The notes beneath the pieces were generated by a model. That model was not told the origin of the DNA. It saw only the letters and a program-made list of their open reading frames with translations, and did not search any database. DNA of 64,000 nt from positions 100,124 to 164,123 of the forward strand of contig CAXXFK010000019.1 of NCBI GenBank assembly GCA_963663965.2, in the 5' to 3' direction. Source of the stretch: Sedimentisphaerales bacterium (GTDB taxonomy: Bacteria; Planctomycetota; Phycisphaerae; Sedimentisphaerales; SM23-30). Below, one piece after another: positions 47,911 to 57,062 of the stretch. Every line of letters starts with the position of its first letter. Position 1 is the first letter of the stretch. The translations under genes and the position numbers were made by a program.

Positions 47911-50900
47911 ATGGATATTTCCGAGCAAATAACCGATAAAATTCTCGCGCAGCAAACTATTCGAACCAATCAGATATTAACGGCGATAAAATCTGTCCAT
48001 AGTCTGATGCTGCACGAACAGAATACCGGTAAGATGCTCGAGCGTGTCTGCCAGTTGTTAGTAGAGCATCAAGGATATTATTATGCCCTGATTGTATTAT
48101 TCGATTTGGATGGGCAGGTGAGCAAGGTCTATCAGGCCGGTTCGGATGGCAATGTATCGTATCGACAGGAAAAGCTGTTGGAAGGGTATTTACCCGATTG
48201 TATTGTCCGGGCCAGTCAATCGGGCAAAGTCCAGATGATCAAAAACCCCGTTCGAGACTGTCAAAGTTGCCCAATAGCGATTCCGGAATGCGAACGCACA
48301 AGTTTAAGTGTTGCATTGAGTCACCGTGATCAATTGCTGGGGGTCATAAAGGTAACGGCGCCAAGCGAATATGCCGAAACTACTTTAGAGCATGATTTAT
48401 TGAACGATATCGCCGCGGATCTGGCCTTTGCTATTTTTGCTCGCCAGACCGAATCGGATAAACTTCAGTTGCAAAGCAAATATGCCGCCGTTATCGCAAC
48501 GACTAACGATGCCGTTATTACAACCGACCTGATGGGGCGGATTACGGTCTGGAATCCCGGAGCTGAGAAACTATTTGGATTTTCGGCGCAAGACATCATG
48601 GGTGAATCCATTCACAAACTAATCGCACCTGATTACCTTTCGCAATATATGAAGTTTTTTGGTTCGGCGCTCAATGGTCAGACCATCACGGGACTGGAAA
48701 TGGTTGGTGTTACGAAAGGCCAGAGTCGAATCCCGATAGAAATGACTTTGAGTCTAAAAAATGATCGTATGGGCAATCCGGGCGGGATCAGCGCGTTAAT
48801 CCGGGATATCACGGAACGCAAGGAGGCTGAGCAGGCGTTGCGGGACAGTGAAGCGAATTATCAGGCGCTTTTTCATCAGATGCTGGATGGTTTCGCGTTG
48901 CATGAAATGATCTACGACGAACAGGGACACTCCGTTGATTACCGGTTTCTGGCGATCAATCCTGCCTTCGAGCGTTTGACCGGTTTGAGAGCGGACAATT
49001 TAATAGGGAAAACCGTACTGGAAGTTATGCCCGATACCGAGGCTTACTGGATTGAATCTTACGGGCAAGTTGTTGCGACCGGTGAGCCGGTTTATTTTGA
49101 GAATTATTCTCGAGAATTAGATAAATATTATACCGTGACTGCGTACCGGGCCGCTCCGAGTCAGTTTGCGTGTATTTTTGAAGATATCACCGATCGCAAA
49201 AAGGCTGAGGAGGCTCGCTTCGCCAGCGAAGCCCGGTTTCGCGCCCTGTTCGAAAGCGCTCCCGTTGGAATTTATGAGACCGATGCTATTGGAAACTGCC
49301 TGCTGGTGAATAAAAAATGGTGTGAAATGGCGGGTATTACTGAGCAAGACGCACACGGCGACGGCTGGCAGCAAGGGTTACATCCCGATGACCGCGAGCG
49401 TATATTCACACTTTGGAATCAATATGCGCAGAGCAAACAACCCTGGGATTTTGAGTATCGATTTTGTTCACCAGACAACCAAGTATCCTGGGTATGGGGA
49501 ACCGCGGTCGCGCTTACCAACGAGCGGGGCGATATTACCGGGTATATCGGGGTCAATACCGATATTACCGAACGCAAGTTGGCCGAAGAAGCATTACGGG
49601 CAAACGAAAACAGGCAACGTGATCTGTTTAATTCTGTACATGCCGGTATCATCTTGCAGAGAGCTGATGGTGTGATCAGTTATATTAATCAAGTGGCGGC
49701 CGAAGCATTCCAGATGGCGCAAGATGACGCGCTCGGACGCACGTCCAATGATCCGGAATGGCAAATGATCGATGAAAGTGGTCGATCAGTACCCGGCGGT
49801 GAACATCCATCCATGATGACGTTTCGTACCGGACAGCCGGTTCGGGGAGCGGTACGCGGTTTGTTTGCCGGCAATCCTGAGCGGATGCGCTGGTTGATGA
49901 TTAATACCCAGCCCATTTTAGATGATTCAGGCGGCGTGGCAGAGGTATTAATTACGTTTCTGGATATAACCGATCTCAAACAAACCGAAAAGGCCCTGGA
50001 GGAATCTCAACTGCGTCAGCAAGAGGCGGTTAGAGCCGGTAATGTGGGGCTTTGGGACTGGGATCTGACAACGAACAAGGTTCAATATTCCTCTGAGTGG
50101 AAAAAAATTGTCGGCTACGAAGGCGATGAGATTAGTGACAGTCTGGATGAGTGGCGAAACCGCGTGCATCCGGATGACCAGGAAATATTAAAGAAACATA
50201 TCGATACTCTGATTGGGGAATGCCGCCAGAACTATCGGGTAGAATTCCGGTTTCAACACAAGGACGGATCCTATTTATGGATATTGGCCCAGGGATCCGT
50301 ACTGGTCGATCAGGATAACCGCCCGGTTCGTGTGATAGGATCTCAAATAGATATAACTGATCGCAAGCGGGCTGAAGAAACGATCCGGGAACATGAGCGC
50401 ATGCTGGCGACGCTGCTGGGCAATCTGCCGGGCATGGTTTATCGGTGCCGGAACGATGAGAAATGGACCATGGAATATCTCAGCTCAGGTGTAACACCAC
50501 TGACCGGTTATGCTATCGATGATTTATGCCATAACCAGAAAATAAGTTTTAATAGTTTGATATATCCAGAGGATCGAGACAAGGTGCGACAAGCAATCAA
50601 TCAGGCTCTGGAAGCGAAACAGTCATATCAACTTGAATACCGAATCCAAACGGCGGATCATAAGATTAAATGGGTCTGGGAACAGGGGTGTGGCGTGTAT
50701 GAGGGAGACCGACTTTTACATCTGGAAGGATTTGTTAATGATATATCCGATCGGAAACAGGCGGAACGAGCGCTTATTGAAAGCGAAGAGCGGTTTCAAC
50801 TGTTGTTTGAAGAGGCCCCATTGGGATATCAATCTCTGGATATTAATGGCCATATCAAGGTCATTAATCGCAAATGGCTGGAACTGCTGGGGTATGAGCT

Positions 50901-51861
50901 GGATGAAGTTATAGGTAAATGGTTTGGCGATTTTCTGGCGCCGGAATCGCTGGATACCTTTAAAAAGAACTTTTCAGCTTTCAAGGAGCGCGGTCATGTG
51001 CGAGGCGTGGAGTTTCAAATGATTGCCAGGGATGGTTCCCGTAAAATGGTGACATTCGATGGCAATATCGGCTATGATAAGGAGGGTGGATTCAAACAAA
51101 CACATTGTATTGTTCAGGATATCAGCGCCCGGCGGAAAGCGGAGATGGAACGGGAAAAGACTATCGGTGAACTTCAGGCTAAAAACGCCGAGTTGGAACA
51201 ATTTACCTATACGGTGTCTCATGATTTGAAAGGCCCGCTGGTATCGGTCAACGGGATGCTGGGATTGATCGAAGACGATTTAAAAGATGGCAATCAACCG
51301 GAAGCGATGCGGCATTTTGACATATTGAGGTCGGCCACCACAACGATGTCAACCCGGATTCAGGATGTATTGAATTATATCCGCATGGGATATAACCAAC
51401 CAGTAATGAAAAGCGTTCCATTGAATCGGATCATTACGAATGTGTTGAATGTGTTATCCGGTTTGATTCTGGAAAAAGGGGTGACCGTCGAAATGGCCGA
51501 TCCGATGCCTGAGATTGTCTGTGATGAACCCCAGATGATGGTGGTCTTCGAGAATCTTATAGAAAACGCCATTAAATTTATGGGCGATCAGCCGGAACCC
51601 AGGATTGAAGTATCGGCTGAGCCGGTTGGCGATATGATCCTTTGTGTCGTTCGGGATAATGGCATTGGGATTCAATCGCAATATCATGAAAAAATATTCC
51701 GGCTGTTCGATAAACTGGATCCGGCCAGCAGCGGGACCGGGGTAGGTTTGACAATTGTCAAACGAATCGTTGAGCGCCATCAGGGTTCGATTCGGGTCGA
51801 ACCTGGAGCAGATTCGATTGGCAGCCGGTTTATTGTCAGTTTGCCAACCAAAGTAAAATAA
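47911..51861 (+). CDS. GAF + multi-PAS sensor histidine kinase
   Basis: About seven PAS/PAC units ending DITERK/DITDRK; SHDLKGPL H-box; NLIENAIKF, DNGIG and GTGVGL boxes. Confidence 0.95.
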   Translation: MDISEQITDKILAQQTIRTNQILTAIKSVHSLMLHEQNTGKMLERVCQLLVEHQGYYYALIVLFDLDGQVSKVYQAGSDGNVSYRQEKLLEGYLPDCIVRASQSGKVQMIKNPVRDCQSCPIAIPECERTSLSVALSHRDQLLGVIKVTAPSEYAETTLEHDLLNDIAADLAFAIFARQTESDKLQLQSKYAAVIATTNDAVITTDLMGRITVWNPGAEKLFGFSAQDIMGESIHKLIAPDYLSQYMKFFGSALNGQTITGLEMVGVTKGQSRIPIEMTLSLKNDRMGNPGGISALIRDITERKEAEQALRDSEANYQALFHQMLDGFALHEMIYDEQGHSVDYRFLAINPAFERLTGLRADNLIGKTVLEVMPDTEAYWIESYGQVVATGEPVYFENYSRELDKYYTVTAYRAAPSQFACIFEDITDRKKAEEARFASEARFRALFESAPVGIYETDAIGNCLLVNKKWCEMAGITEQDAHGDGWQQGLHPDDRERIFTLWNQYAQSKQPWDFEYRFCSPDNQVSWVWGTAVALTNERGDITGYIGVNTDITERKLAEEALRANENRQRDLFNSVHAGIILQRADGVISYINQVAAEAFQMAQDDALGRTSNDPEWQMIDESGRSVPGGEHPSMMTFRTGQPVRGAVRGLFAGNPERMRWLMINTQPILDDSGGVAEVLITFLDITDLKQTEKALEESQLRQQEAVRAGNVGLWDWDLTTNKVQYSSEWKKIVGYEGDEISDSLDEWRNRVHPDDQEILKKHIDTLIGECRQNYRVEFRFQHKDGSYLWILAQGSVLVDQDNRPVRVIGSQIDITDRKRAEETIREHERMLATLLGNLPGMVYRCRNDEKWTMEYLSSGVTPLTGYAIDDLCHNQKISFNSLIYPEDRDKVRQAINQALEAKQSYQLEYRIQTADHKIKWVWEQGCGVYEGDRLLHLEGFVNDISDRKQAERALIESEERFQLLFEEAPLGYQSLDINGHIKVINRKWLELLGYELDEVIGKWFGDFLAPESLDTFKKNFSAFKERGHVRGVEFQMIARDGSRKMVTFDGNIGYDKEGGFKQTHCIVQDISARRKAEMEREKTIGELQAKNAELEQFTYTVSHDLKGPLVSVNGMLGLIEDDLKDGNQPEAMRHFDILRSATTTMSTRIQDVLNYIRMGYNQPVMKSVPLNRIITNVLNVLSGLILEKGVTVEMADPMPEIVCDEPQMMVVFENLIENAIKFMGDQPEPRIEVSAEPVGDMILCVVRDNGIGIQSQYHEKIFRLFDKLDPASSGTGVGLTIVKRIVERHQGSIRVEPGADSIGSRFIVSLPTKVK

Positions 51862-51898
51862 TCATATTAAGGTCGGGTTTAATGCCCTGGTCTTTACA

Positions 51899-52315
51899 CT
51901 ATATTTCAACTTCGCCGGGCATCAGGTTGATCTGGCTGAGTTTGACGCCTTTCAGGCTGGCGATGGCGTTGGCGAGTTTTTCGATCTGGCCGACCTGACC
52001 TTTGAGAATAATCACTTCGAGGCAGTTGTGGTGGTCCAGATGGATGTGCGTGGTCACAATAACATGAACAAAGTGATTGTGCTGTAAATCGACGAGTTGT
52101 TGTGACAGACGGGTGATGTGATGGTCGTAAACGATAAAGACGCCGGCGATAGCATGGGCATCGGGGTCGCTGATTTGCTGGCTGGCCAGGCGATCACGAA
52201 TCAGATCGCGGATGGCTTCGGAGCGGTTGGTGTAACCCAGGCCTTCGATTAAGGTGTCAAATTGCTGGAGGAGATTTTTGTCGAGAGAGACGCCGACTCT
52301 TTCCAGATCGCTCAT
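51899..52315 (-). CDS. nikR: Nickel-responsive regulator NikR
   Basis: RVGVSL...GYTNRSEAIRDLIR ribbon-helix-helix; YDHH, QH and HIHLDHHNCLEV nickel site. Confidence 0.95.
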   Translation of the reverse strand: MSDLERVGVSLDKNLLQQFDTLIEGLGYTNRSEAIRDLIRDRLASQQISDPDAHAIAGVFIVYDHHITRLSQQLVDLQHNHFVHVIVTTHIHLDHHNCLEVIILKGQVGQIEKLANAIASLKGVKLSQINLMPGEVEI

Positions 52316-52318
52316 GGT

Positions 52319-52657
52319 TTAACCTTCTTTAGGAATGGGCGCGACGCAATAGATGTAGATTAGAGGATCGCTGCCGGTGTTAATGATATTGTGATGAGTT
52401 TGCGGGGGGATATAAACGATTTGATTGGCGGTAATATCGAGAGATTCTTCGCCGTTCGGGCCGATCTGGGACTGGCCCCGGCCGGCCAGGACCACCAGTT
52501 GTTCTTCATGGTCGCCGGTGGTATGTTGGCCGCATTCTTCGCCCGGTTTTAGATAGACACGGCCGGAACGCATGGCCACGGTTTGAGGTGAGCCGGTTAA
52601 CAGGGGCTGGTATTCTGGTTGGTCGGTCAGGGTGATGGTAAATGGCATTTCGGGCAT
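52319..52657 (-). CDS. Cupin-domain protein
   Basis: LKPGEECGQHTTGDHEE and YIPPQTHHNIINTG cupin motifs. Confidence 0.88.
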   Translation of the reverse strand: MPEMPFTITLTDQPEYQPLLTGSPQTVAMRSGRVYLKPGEECGQHTTGDHEEQLVVLAGRGQSQIGPNGEESLDITANQIVYIPPQTHHNIINTGSDPLIYIYCVAPIPKEG

Positions 52658-52730
52658 GATGAATTCAACCTCAATGATTATAAGTGGTTACGATTATAAT
52701 AATTATTATTAATAAAATAACGGTATTTGC

Positions 52731-52787
52731 TTGACCAGGCAAGGTAAATATTTTAAATTGTGTGTCAGTAGCACGAAAAAGTAATAC
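52731..52787 (+). promoter_or_regulatory. Sigma70 promoter with a possible NikR operator just downstream
   Basis: TTGACC-N17-TAAATT (52731-52759). GTAGCAC (52768) and GTAATAC (52781) heptamers lie near the inferred start site; the operator call is speculative. Confidence 0.4.
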
Positions 52788-52826
52788 TTATGCGCAACTT
52801 TGTTCAAACATGTTAAGGAGAAAACG

Positions 52827-53867
52827 ATGAAGTATGGTGTAATGATAATGGCGGCAATGATTGGAGTTGTCATTACTTCGAGCCAGGCCCAGCCGGTTAA
52901 GGTGACTCATCGTGAGGTTCAGGCGGTGCATGAAGATGGGAGCAGTTCTTTTGATGATAATGGTCCGTGGCAGATTGTTCTGGAAGGGCTTTTATTGAAT
53001 AATCCGGAAGACTGGCTGGATCCTACGCCGGATCCGACGGTGGCGCCGTGGTATATGGGGGGCGAATGGGAGATTTTTGTGCAGGGTGAAGGTGAGGACC
53101 GGGCTGGAACCGCCTGTTGGATGGGTCAGAATTACGCCAATGGGCTGCTCGGCCAGGTGAGCTATAGCAATTCTGAGTGGCTGGAAGAGATTTGTCGTTT
53201 AAATCGGGATCCGAACACGGGATACGTATTTCGTGCCGGAGACCGGATACGGGTTACGGGAACTTATTTGTTTTACGCGGGTAAGTTAAATGTTAATGAG
53301 AACCATCAGACCGCACCTGAGTTTGATTTCACGGTGGAATTGGTGACTCCGGCAGTCGGGCTGCCTCAGCCGGTTGAGATAACGCTGGCAGAGATTAAAA
53401 CCGCACAAAATCAGGATATTTTTGACGCAACGCGTCATTCCGGAGGGGAACTATATCAGGCCCGCCGGGTACGTATCAAAGATGTCACTGTAATTGATCC
53501 GGAAAATTATCTACCGGGCGGGCAAATCACGTTGTCTGATGGCGCCGGTCGAACGCTGCCGGTACGATTGGGAGTGGGCGCCGGCTTATCACGCTATAGC
53601 TGCCCGGCAGGGGTAATCGATGTGATCGGGATTGTGGATCAGGCTTCCAGCGGGTATCCTGTGGATCCGAAAAAGGGGTACCGTTTATTGGTATTTGATC
53701 ATGACGGCAATGATCTGGTTCTGGGCGCATCCAGTAAAAAACGGGGTAATTTACCGGGTGATACCAATGGGGATGCCCGGGTGGATCTCTATGATCTGGC
53801 CGATCTGGCCGCCGATTGGATGATGGGGCGTGCCGGATTATGCGATTGCGCGAAAATCTCAAATTAA
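52827..53867 (+). CDS. Secreted protein (OB-fold-like domains?) with a C-terminal dockerin-like motif
   Basis: AAGGAG RBS; signal peptide; GDRIRVTG; C-terminal GDTNGDARVDLYDLADLAADW. Confidence 0.75.
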   Translation: MKYGVMIMAAMIGVVITSSQAQPVKVTHREVQAVHEDGSSSFDDNGPWQIVLEGLLLNNPEDWLDPTPDPTVAPWYMGGEWEIFVQGEGEDRAGTACWMGQNYANGLLGQVSYSNSEWLEEICRLNRDPNTGYVFRAGDRIRVTGTYLFYAGKLNVNENHQTAPEFDFTVELVTPAVGLPQPVEITLAEIKTAQNQDIFDATRHSGGELYQARRVRIKDVTVIDPENYLPGGQITLSDGAGRTLPVRLGVGAGLSRYSCPAGVIDVIGIVDQASSGYPVDPKKGYRLLVFDHDGNDLVLGASSKKRGNLPGDTNGDARVDLYDLADLAADWMMGRAGLCDCAKISN

Positions 53868-53877
53868 GGTAACCAAC

Positions 53878-54570
53878 ATGCGAAAACGGAGCAACCTGTA
53901 TCCTGGTAAGGATCATGCCGGTGGCACGATCAGGGGATTTACCCTGATCGAGCTGCTGGTGGTAGTTTCCATAATCGCGCTGTTACTGGCGGTTCTGTTG
54001 CCAGGTTTGGGCCGGGCAAGGCAGCAGGCGAAGATTGTGGCTGTACACGCCGAACTGGCGCAGATTGGTTTGGCATTGGAAATGTATATGGATGATCAGC
54101 AGGGCAAGAGCCCGCCGACCCGCCAGGATTGTGCCCTGGGCTGGGAAGATCATCAATTGCCTCCAGAACTAGTGGCCGGGAAATATCTGCCTGATGCTCC
54201 GGGTCACTCAGGAATGTCGGCGGGTATGGAAGACCGCTTTAAAGCGGGTGTGACTTATAAATACTGGTCAGTAGGTGAATTGTATCAGAATGGGCGGTAT
54301 ATGCCTTTTATCAAAGCCGGGTTAAGTGTTCCCAGGGGTTTTCCTGAACTGAATGGAGCGGTTGAGGAAGACATTTATTATACTGAGCGATCCGAATCGC
54401 CGGTAAGCTGGATCATTTATAGCTCGGGTCTCAACTATGATGAATGGGAAACATTGAAAGTGCTGAATGGGCCGGTGGCGCGGCGTTGCTGGTATGATGT
54501 GAGTCGCCAGAAAGGGATACTGACCCGAGTCCGGTTGAAAAAAGGCCGTCATGTGGGGACTTTTGAATGA
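53878..54570 (+). CDS. Prepilin-type N-terminal cleavage/methylation domain protein (planctomycete type)
   Basis: G/FTLIELLVVVSIIALLLAVLLPGLGRARQQAK...QIGLALEMY. Confidence 0.9.
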   Translation: MRKRSNLYPGKDHAGGTIRGFTLIELLVVVSIIALLLAVLLPGLGRARQQAKIVAVHAELAQIGLALEMYMDDQQGKSPPTRQDCALGWEDHQLPPELVAGKYLPDAPGHSGMSAGMEDRFKAGVTYKYWSVGELYQNGRYMPFIKAGLSVPRGFPELNGAVEEDIYYTERSESPVSWIIYSSGLNYDEWETLKVLNGPVARRCWYDVSRQKGILTRVRLKKGRHVGTFE

Positions 54571-55403
54571 GACGTTACCGATGTGTTATTGGAATTCTGA
54601 TTGCTTTGAGTTTAACTGGTGGTTGTCGGCGTCAGAATGAAATTGAAGTTACCTGTGATATTGCCGTAGCGAATGCCTATCTGGAAAGTATTGTACGGGA
54701 TTTGTGCGGTCCGGATGAGGCGGTTTTTACGCTGGCGCCACCGGGAATGTGTCCGGCCCATTTCGATATCAGCCCTTCGCAGGTCCGGCAGTTGGCAACG
54801 TGTCAGTTGATGCTGGTATTCGATTTTCAAAAGAATATTGAAACCGGATTAGCCGGTTTTGGCAACGGAGATTTAGCTGTTGCCTCGGTAGCCGCGCCCG
54901 AAGGGCTATGTATTCCGGAGCGTTATCTGGCTGCGGCTCAGGTGGTTGAGGGGATATTATGCGAGCATTTTCCGGAACGTAAAGCGGAATTTGATGAGCG
55001 GTTGGAAAACCTTACCGTCCGTATGAAAGAGTTGGAAGCCGCATTGGCCGGTTCGATACAGGAAGCCGGGTTGGTGGGAGCAGGGATAGTGACGTCGGGG
55101 CATCAGGCGGAATTTGTGAACTGGTTAGGGATGAATGTGATATCGCGGTTTAATGGCCGGGATATTGAAACGGCGGCCGGATTGAATGCCAGTTTACAAA
55201 AAGCGGCTTCAGAGCCGGTACGAGTGGTCATTGCCAATCGGCCGGAGGGGACGGATCTGGCCCAGGCGGTGGCGGATCGGTTTGGGGTGGCGATGGTGGT
55301 GTTCGACAATTTTCCGAATGATCGAGTTGGTTCAGCCGGATCGTTTTTTGAGGCGATGGTGCGAGGAAATGTGGATCGGTTAGTAAAGGCGAACGAACGA
55401 TGA
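54567..55403 (+). CDS. Metal ABC transporter substrate-binding lipoprotein (ZnuA/TroA-like, atypical ligands)
   Basis: TGGC lipobox; PPGMCPAHFDISP in the position of the usual DPH loop; operon context. Confidence 0.8.
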   Translation: MRRYRCVIGILIALSLTGGCRRQNEIEVTCDIAVANAYLESIVRDLCGPDEAVFTLAPPGMCPAHFDISPSQVRQLATCQLMLVFDFQKNIETGLAGFGNGDLAVASVAAPEGLCIPERYLAAAQVVEGILCEHFPERKAEFDERLENLTVRMKELEAALAGSIQEAGLVGAGIVTSGHQAEFVNWLGMNVISRFNGRDIETAAGLNASLQKAASEPVRVVIANRPEGTDLAQAVADRFGVAMVVFDNFPNDRVGSAGSFFEAMVRGNVDRLVKANER

Positions 55404-56185
55404 GGGGATGCTCGTTTGCGGTTGAAAAGGTAGAGGTGGTGCGATCCGGCAGGATTATTCTGGATATTGATACGTTAAAGATTAAAGCGGGTGAATTTAT
55501 TAATCTGATTGGACCCAATGGGGCGGGCAAGACCACCCTGATGCAGGTTCTGTGTGGACTGATCCGGCCGGAGCGTGGTCAGGTATGGATGAATGATGTT
55601 GAACTGACCAGGCGAGGTGGCTGGGGCCGGAGTGAATTAAGGCGACAGATCGGATATATTCCCCAGGCCGCGGAATACAATGCCCAGTTGCCTTTTACGG
55701 TGTTGGAAGTCGCGGTGATGGGCCGGATCGGGGCGCGGGGATTGTTTCGTCGATTGAATCGAGATGATTACGATCTGGCGGAAGGGTGGCTGGAGCGGCT
55801 GGGACTGGCTGATCGAAGACGCCAGACCTTTCGCAGTTTATCGGGAGGTGAGCGGCAGAAGGTGCTGATCGCGCGGGCCATGGCCCAGGATCCAGCGGTT
55901 CTGATGCTGGATGAGCCGACCAGTAATCTGGACTGGAACTGGAAACAGCAGATTGTGGATACGATCTGTGATTTGCACGCACGCTGGCAGTTAACGATTG
56001 TCTTGATTTCACATGAAATGACCGGTCTGCCCTTCGAGGCAGGACGGACAATCCTTTTGCATGAGGGCCGGATAGCGGTTGAAGGTGGTAGTGATGTTGT
56101 GCTGGAATCGACTGAAATGGCCCGTATTTATGGATGGGACCAAACCACGTTATCGGTTGTACAAAAACAGGAGAAAGGATTGTGA
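55400..56185 (+). CDS. Metal ABC transporter ATP-binding protein
   Basis: GPNGAGKT, IGYIPQ, LSGGERQ, LDEPT and ISH motifs. Confidence 0.95.
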   Translation: MRGCSFAVEKVEVVRSGRIILDIDTLKIKAGEFINLIGPNGAGKTTLMQVLCGLIRPERGQVWMNDVELTRRGGWGRSELRRQIGYIPQAAEYNAQLPFTVLEVAVMGRIGARGLFRRLNRDDYDLAEGWLERLGLADRRRQTFRSLSGGERQKVLIARAMAQDPAVLMLDEPTSNLDWNWKQQIVDTICDLHARWQLTIVLISHEMTGLPFEAGRTILLHEGRIAVEGGSDVVLESTEMARIYGWDQTTLSVVQKQEKGL

Positions 56186-56985
56186 TCGATCCATTTTTTT
56201 TCAATGTGTTAATTGCCGGTACGGTTGCCGGGGCCAGTACCGGATTTCTGGGGGCGTATATTGTGGGCATGCGGATGCCGTTTATCGGGATCTGTATATC
56301 ACACGCGGCCATGGCCGGTACGGTGCTGGCTTGTGTATTGGGAATCGCGCCCATGACCGGGGCTGTGATTTTGTCGGCAATGACATCCATGTCGATGGCT
56401 GTCATTGCACCGGGCAGGGCGCGGCTGGATACCAATGTCGGACTGGCCATTTTGTTTTCGTTGATGCTGGGATTGACGTTTCTGGCGGTTGGACTGGTAG
56501 AAGACAGCCGGTCAGAAGTACTGGGCATGTTATGGGGCAGTATCTTGTTTGTGCGTCAGGATACGTTACCGTTGGTGATTGGATCGGGAGTGGCATTGGG
56601 ACTATTCGCATGGCTGTTTCATAAGGAGATGAAGGCCATTCTGTTCAGCCGGACAATCGCTCATGCTACCGGAATTCATGAACGGCTGGTTTATGCGTTG
56701 TTTCTGTTGTTATGTGGGACGATTCTGTCAGTCAATCTGAAGATGATTGGGGGGCTGATGATATTCAGCCTGATTACCAATCCTGCGGCCGCCGCCTATC
56801 AAATCTGCCGGGGCTTGCGTTCGGCGGTGCTGGTCGCCACCTTGTTTGGCATGTTATCCACAATTATCGGATTTTGTGTGTCGTTCTGGCTGGATTTGCC
56901 TACCGGCGCCTGTATTGTGCTGACCAGCACGGCCATATTCGCATTGGCAGTGGCAGTCCGCCGGATTTTGAAACGGATGGATTAA
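56182..56985 (+). CDS. Metal ABC transporter permease (ABC-3 / ZnuB-MntB type)
   Basis: ISHAAMAG, LWGSIL, PAAAA and DLPTGACIV; GTG start overlaps the upstream stop. Confidence 0.92.
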   Translation: MIDPFFFNVLIAGTVAGASTGFLGAYIVGMRMPFIGICISHAAMAGTVLACVLGIAPMTGAVILSAMTSMSMAVIAPGRARLDTNVGLAILFSLMLGLTFLAVGLVEDSRSEVLGMLWGSILFVRQDTLPLVIGSGVALGLFAWLFHKEMKAILFSRTIAHATGIHERLVYALFLLLCGTILSVNLKMIGGLMIFSLITNPAAAAYQICRGLRSAVLVATLFGMLSTIIGFCVSFWLDLPTGACIVLTSTAIFALAVAVRRILKRMD

Positions 56986-57022
56986 GACAAAAGGACTTCC
57001 GATTCACGAAAGTCCTTTTGTC
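56986..57022. terminator. Bidirectional intrinsic terminator
   Basis: GACAAAAGGACTT / AAGTCCTTTTGTC 13-bp inverted repeat between convergent genes. Confidence 0.85.
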
Positions 57023-57062
57023 ATAAGTTATGATTCGGGTAAATTAACTTATAGGAGAAGCA

